From the NCBI RefSeq assembly GCF_009914755.1, contig NC_060931.1: DNA of 64,000 nt, one strand, 5' to 3'. Under the pieces are notes generated by a model, which was given only the letters and a program-made list of their open reading frames with translations, made no database searches and was not told where the DNA came from. Positions 59,978 through 64,000 of this stretch are shown here, piece by piece; position 1 is the stretch's first letter; the number at the start of each line of letters is the position of its first letter. This stretch comes from the human T2T-CHM13v2.0 reference genome, Homo sapiens. The translations under genes were made by a program, and so were the position numbers.

Positions 59978-60514
59978 TTCTAGATCAGTGGTGCTTGGCT
60001 ATTGACCCCTTTAAATATCAGATGAAAGCTTCATGCCCTCATCCCAGAAAGATGCGTATATGTACCTCTCCACATATAGAGGTACTCATTGAGTTTCCAC
60101 ATTCAGGAGGTCCCAGCACTGTTGAAGCTTCTCCATGGAGCCCTCAGGTTCATACTTCTTGACACTAGTGGAGGTAGGATTCATTTCTTTACCCCCAAAA
60201 TGTTGAAATAGCTTCTCTCATCTACCAAATGAGATGAGCCTAGTGAGGAAATGAATCAACCCTTACCAGTGGGGTTTAGTGCCCAGTCAACAGGGGGGCC
60301 ATTTATGTGGTTAGAGTCCAGTCAGATTTTAGACAATATCATGTCCCACTGGCACAGAAACAACATCCCATCCATTCTGTTTCTTTGGCTTATGGTTTGA
60401 CCCCATATGGGTTATTCTAAAGGAATTATCTGGTTTATAGACATCTATGCTCCCATTCTTAATCCTCTTCTTTCTAGAGCCATTTCCTTCCTCTATAACT
60501 TCAGACAAATGTAG

Positions 60515-60991
<477 letters not shown>

Positions 60992-62130
60992 TAGGAACCT
61001 GGCCCCTGTCCCAGTTCATCTAACAAATCATAGCTCACCTTCCCCAACTTCTAACCTAACCCAAAGCATTTTAGTTTTCAAAAGTTTTTTGCTTTCTAGT
61101 ATTAAAAAGTATTATGAAATAATTTTATGTAGAATTTAAAATTACATATATGCAATGATTTTTTGGTAATTTCTGTACAGTTATTTGATTTTTATAATGA
61201 AAACATTGATTTTATGTTGAAATATATATTTTAATTTTGCAGCCACTTAGACGCAGTGATATGAATTCAGGAGTGAGAAAAGGAAATCAATCCTGCTCGG
61301 AGCTTAGCTTATCTAGGTCAGCTGAGCTGCTTGGGGAACCTGCATCCACTGCCATCTTTTACTCACGATGGTTGTTTAATTAATTTTTCTTCATACTCTG
61401 AAAGTTTCGTTACTTCTTAGTCTTCTTATTGATTCTGGATTTATAGAAAAAAAGAACAGAAGTCTTATAATATCCATGCGGATTACAGACTCAGGCAGAG
61501 GCCAAGGCAGGGCCTACACCAAGGGCAGAAAGGTCATTTCAGTCAGACCTGAAGGTTTTGGGGGCGCAGTTGCCTTTTGCAGTTGTTTGGGTCTAAATGT
61601 GGACAGGAGAGCCAGGTTTATTCTGGCGGTGAAGAATCATGCCCCGCCCCCCTCCATGTTTTGCTATGACTTCTGTTAGCATCAACTAGAGAGAGTTTTG
61701 CTGGCCTGTCATGGTGGCTTGTAAATGATAGGCTGGTTTTGTGAACTTGTCTAGCCCATGGTTTAAGCATAGTGTGGCCATGCTAAAAACTTTTCCTGTG
61801 AGCTTTCTATCTCCTTGAGATGCCCTCTTTTTTCTGGGAAAGCATCTGGAGTTTCCAGTTCTGAATGACAAGAGTAGCTTATATCAGAATAACCTTCCCT
61901 CAAATAACAATATAAGCGCCAGGGAAAATGCACGTGTATTCGAAGGTACCAAAGTGTGGCCAAAACAGGGAGAAATGGAGGAGCTTCAGCCGCTGAGAGG
62001 AGGAACTAGCTGTTGGTGAGCTCTGCATCAATCTGGCTTTCCCCCTTATGGTACGCCCCAGACTGTGGGGGCAGGCAGAGCTCAGACAGAAAGTGGAGGT
62101 CTCTGGTGTGATAGCATGAGTGTTCTCTCC

Positions 62131-63432
62131 TTTTTTTTTTTTTTTTTTTTTTTTTTGATCAGTCTAGGTAAAGGTTTCTCAGTTTTTGCTAAACTTCTCA
62201 AAGAACATTTGGTTCCATTGGTTTTTCTGGGTTTTTATTTTCCTATCCTCTATTTCATTAATTTCTGCTCTCATCTTTATGTTTCTCTCCTTCTCCTTCC
62301 TTTAGGTTTAGTTTGATCTTCTTTGCCCAGTGTCTTAAGGTGGAAGCTTAGGTTATTGATTTGACATCTTCTTTACATCAGTAAAGAAGATCTACCCCCA
62401 TACATTTCACTCTAAACACTGCTTTAGCTAGTATGTTGTATCTTAATTTTAATTCATCTCAGAGCATTTTTAGTTTTCCCTTGTGATTTCTCCCTTGACC
62501 CGTTGGTTATTTACAAGTGTATTATTTAATTTCCACAAATTTGTGAATTTCTCATGTTATTGATTTCTAATTTCATTCCATATCACTGTGGTCAGAAAAC
62601 ATATTTTGTTTGGTTTCAATCCTTGTAAATGAATTGAGGCATGTTAGGGACAGCCTAACATAAGGTCTGTCCCAAAGAATGTTCCATGTGCACTTCAGAA
62701 AAATGTGTATTCTGCTTTTGTTGGGTAGAGTCTTCTGTGACTATCTGGAGGTCTAGTTGGTTTATGGTTTATGTTGTAGTTCAAGTCTTTTATTTCCTTG
62801 TTGATCTTCTATCTGGTTGTTCTGTTATTGAAAGTGGGTATTGAACTCTCCAATTATTATTGAATTGTTTTTTACTTGAATTCTCTCAGTTTTTGCTTTA
62901 TGTATCTTGGGGTCCTGTTATTAGCTACACATATATTTATAATGGCTTGGTTTTTTAATTGATTGACTCTTTTATTATGATAGGATGTTCCTCTTCACCT
63001 CTAGTAACAGATTTTTTTAAAGTCTATTTTTCTTATGTTGTCAATTCAGCTTTCTTACAGTTGCTATTTGCATGATATATCTTTTTCCATCCTATTACAT
63101 TCAGTTACGTATATCTTTGCATCTTAAATGTGTCTCCTGTATACAGCATATAGTTGGACCTTGTTTTTAATCCACTTTTAGTCTCTACCTTTTTATTGGA
63201 TTGTTTAGTCCATTCACATTTAATGCTATTATTGCTGTAGTTGAATTTATGTCTGCCATTTTATCTCTTGTTTTCTGTGTCTTATGTCTTTTTTTGTTCC
63301 TCTGTTCCTCATTACTTTCTTTTGCATTAAGTGAATATTTTCTAATATGGCATTTAAATTATTTTAATAATTTTTAACTATACTTTCTTGAGTTATTTTC
63401 TTAGTGATTGAGCTAGGATTTACCATATGTAT
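62131..63432 (-). mobile_element. Old L1M ORF2-region fragment
   Basis: gaatgttccatgtgcacttcagaaaaatgtgtattctgc and tgtgtctcctgtatacagcatatagttgg. Confidence 0.8.
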
Positions 63433-64000
63433 CTTTTTTATTATACTTTAAGTTCTGAGGTACGTGTGCAGAACAAGCAGGTTTGTTACATAGGTATACA
63501 TGTGCCATGGTGGTTTGTGTACCCATCAACCCATCATCTACATTAGGTATTTCTCTTAATGCTATCCTTCCCCTAGCCCCCGACTCCCTGACAGGCCCCA
63601 GTATGTGATGTTCCCCTCCCTGCGTCCATGTGTTCTCATTCTTCAACTCCCACTTACGAGTGAAAACATGCAGTGTTTTGTTTTCTGTTCCTGTGTTAGT
63701 TTTCTGAGAATGATGGTTTCCAGCTTCATCCATGTCCCTGCAAAGGACATGAACTCATCCTTTTTATGGCTGCATAGTATTCCATGGTATATATGTGCCG
63801 CGTTTTCTTTGTCCAGTCTATCATTGATGGGCATTTGGGTTGGTTCCAAGTCTTTGTTATTGTGAATAGTGCTGCAATAAATATACGTGTGCATGTGTCT
63901 TTATAGTAGAATGGTTTATAATCCTTTGGGTATATACCCAGTAATGGAATTACTGGGTCAAATGGTATTTCTGGTTCTAGATCCTTGAGGAATCACCACA
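63433..64000 (-). mobile_element. L1PA7/8-type 3' end, continuing past the window edge
   Basis: ttattatactttaagttctgagg...ggtatatacccagtaatgg. ORF 63643..63894(-) is the degenerate ORF2 C-terminus. Confidence 0.92.

Noticed and set aside
63643-63894. ORF resembling the L1 ORF2 C-terminus
   Set aside because: Degenerate fragment of an L1PA copy, not a host gene.

Overview
Hominid (human or great-ape) genomic DNA, apparently almost all intron of a large + strand gene. The only well-supported coding piece is a 52-nt internal exon at 48281-48332 (xIKLLAVQELLDREALEK), which is absent from the ORF track; I do not recognise the gene. The rest is repeat-rich: about two dozen Alus, a full-length SVA, a solo LTR12, two MER41 LTRs, MLT/MST LTRs, L1 fragments of many ages, hAT and Tigger DNA-transposon relics, MIR/L2, a 25-bp VNTR and microsatellites. 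I see no evidence of a novel gene system. The notable signals are retrotransposition anomalies. (1) A truncated L1PA2/3 is flanked by a 318-bp near-perfect direct repeat that looks like a giant target-site duplication (TSD). (2) The SVA carries a ~500-bp 3' transduction with three A-tracts and is nested in a Tigger3, itself nested in an L1. (3) A sense LTR12 promoter inside an Alu and a GAS-bearing MER41 are packed just upstream of the coding exon. (4) There is a young AluYa-lineage insertion. Repeat subfamily calls come from remembered consensus sequences and need RepeatMasker/Dfam confirmation. Ends of old repeats are approximate.
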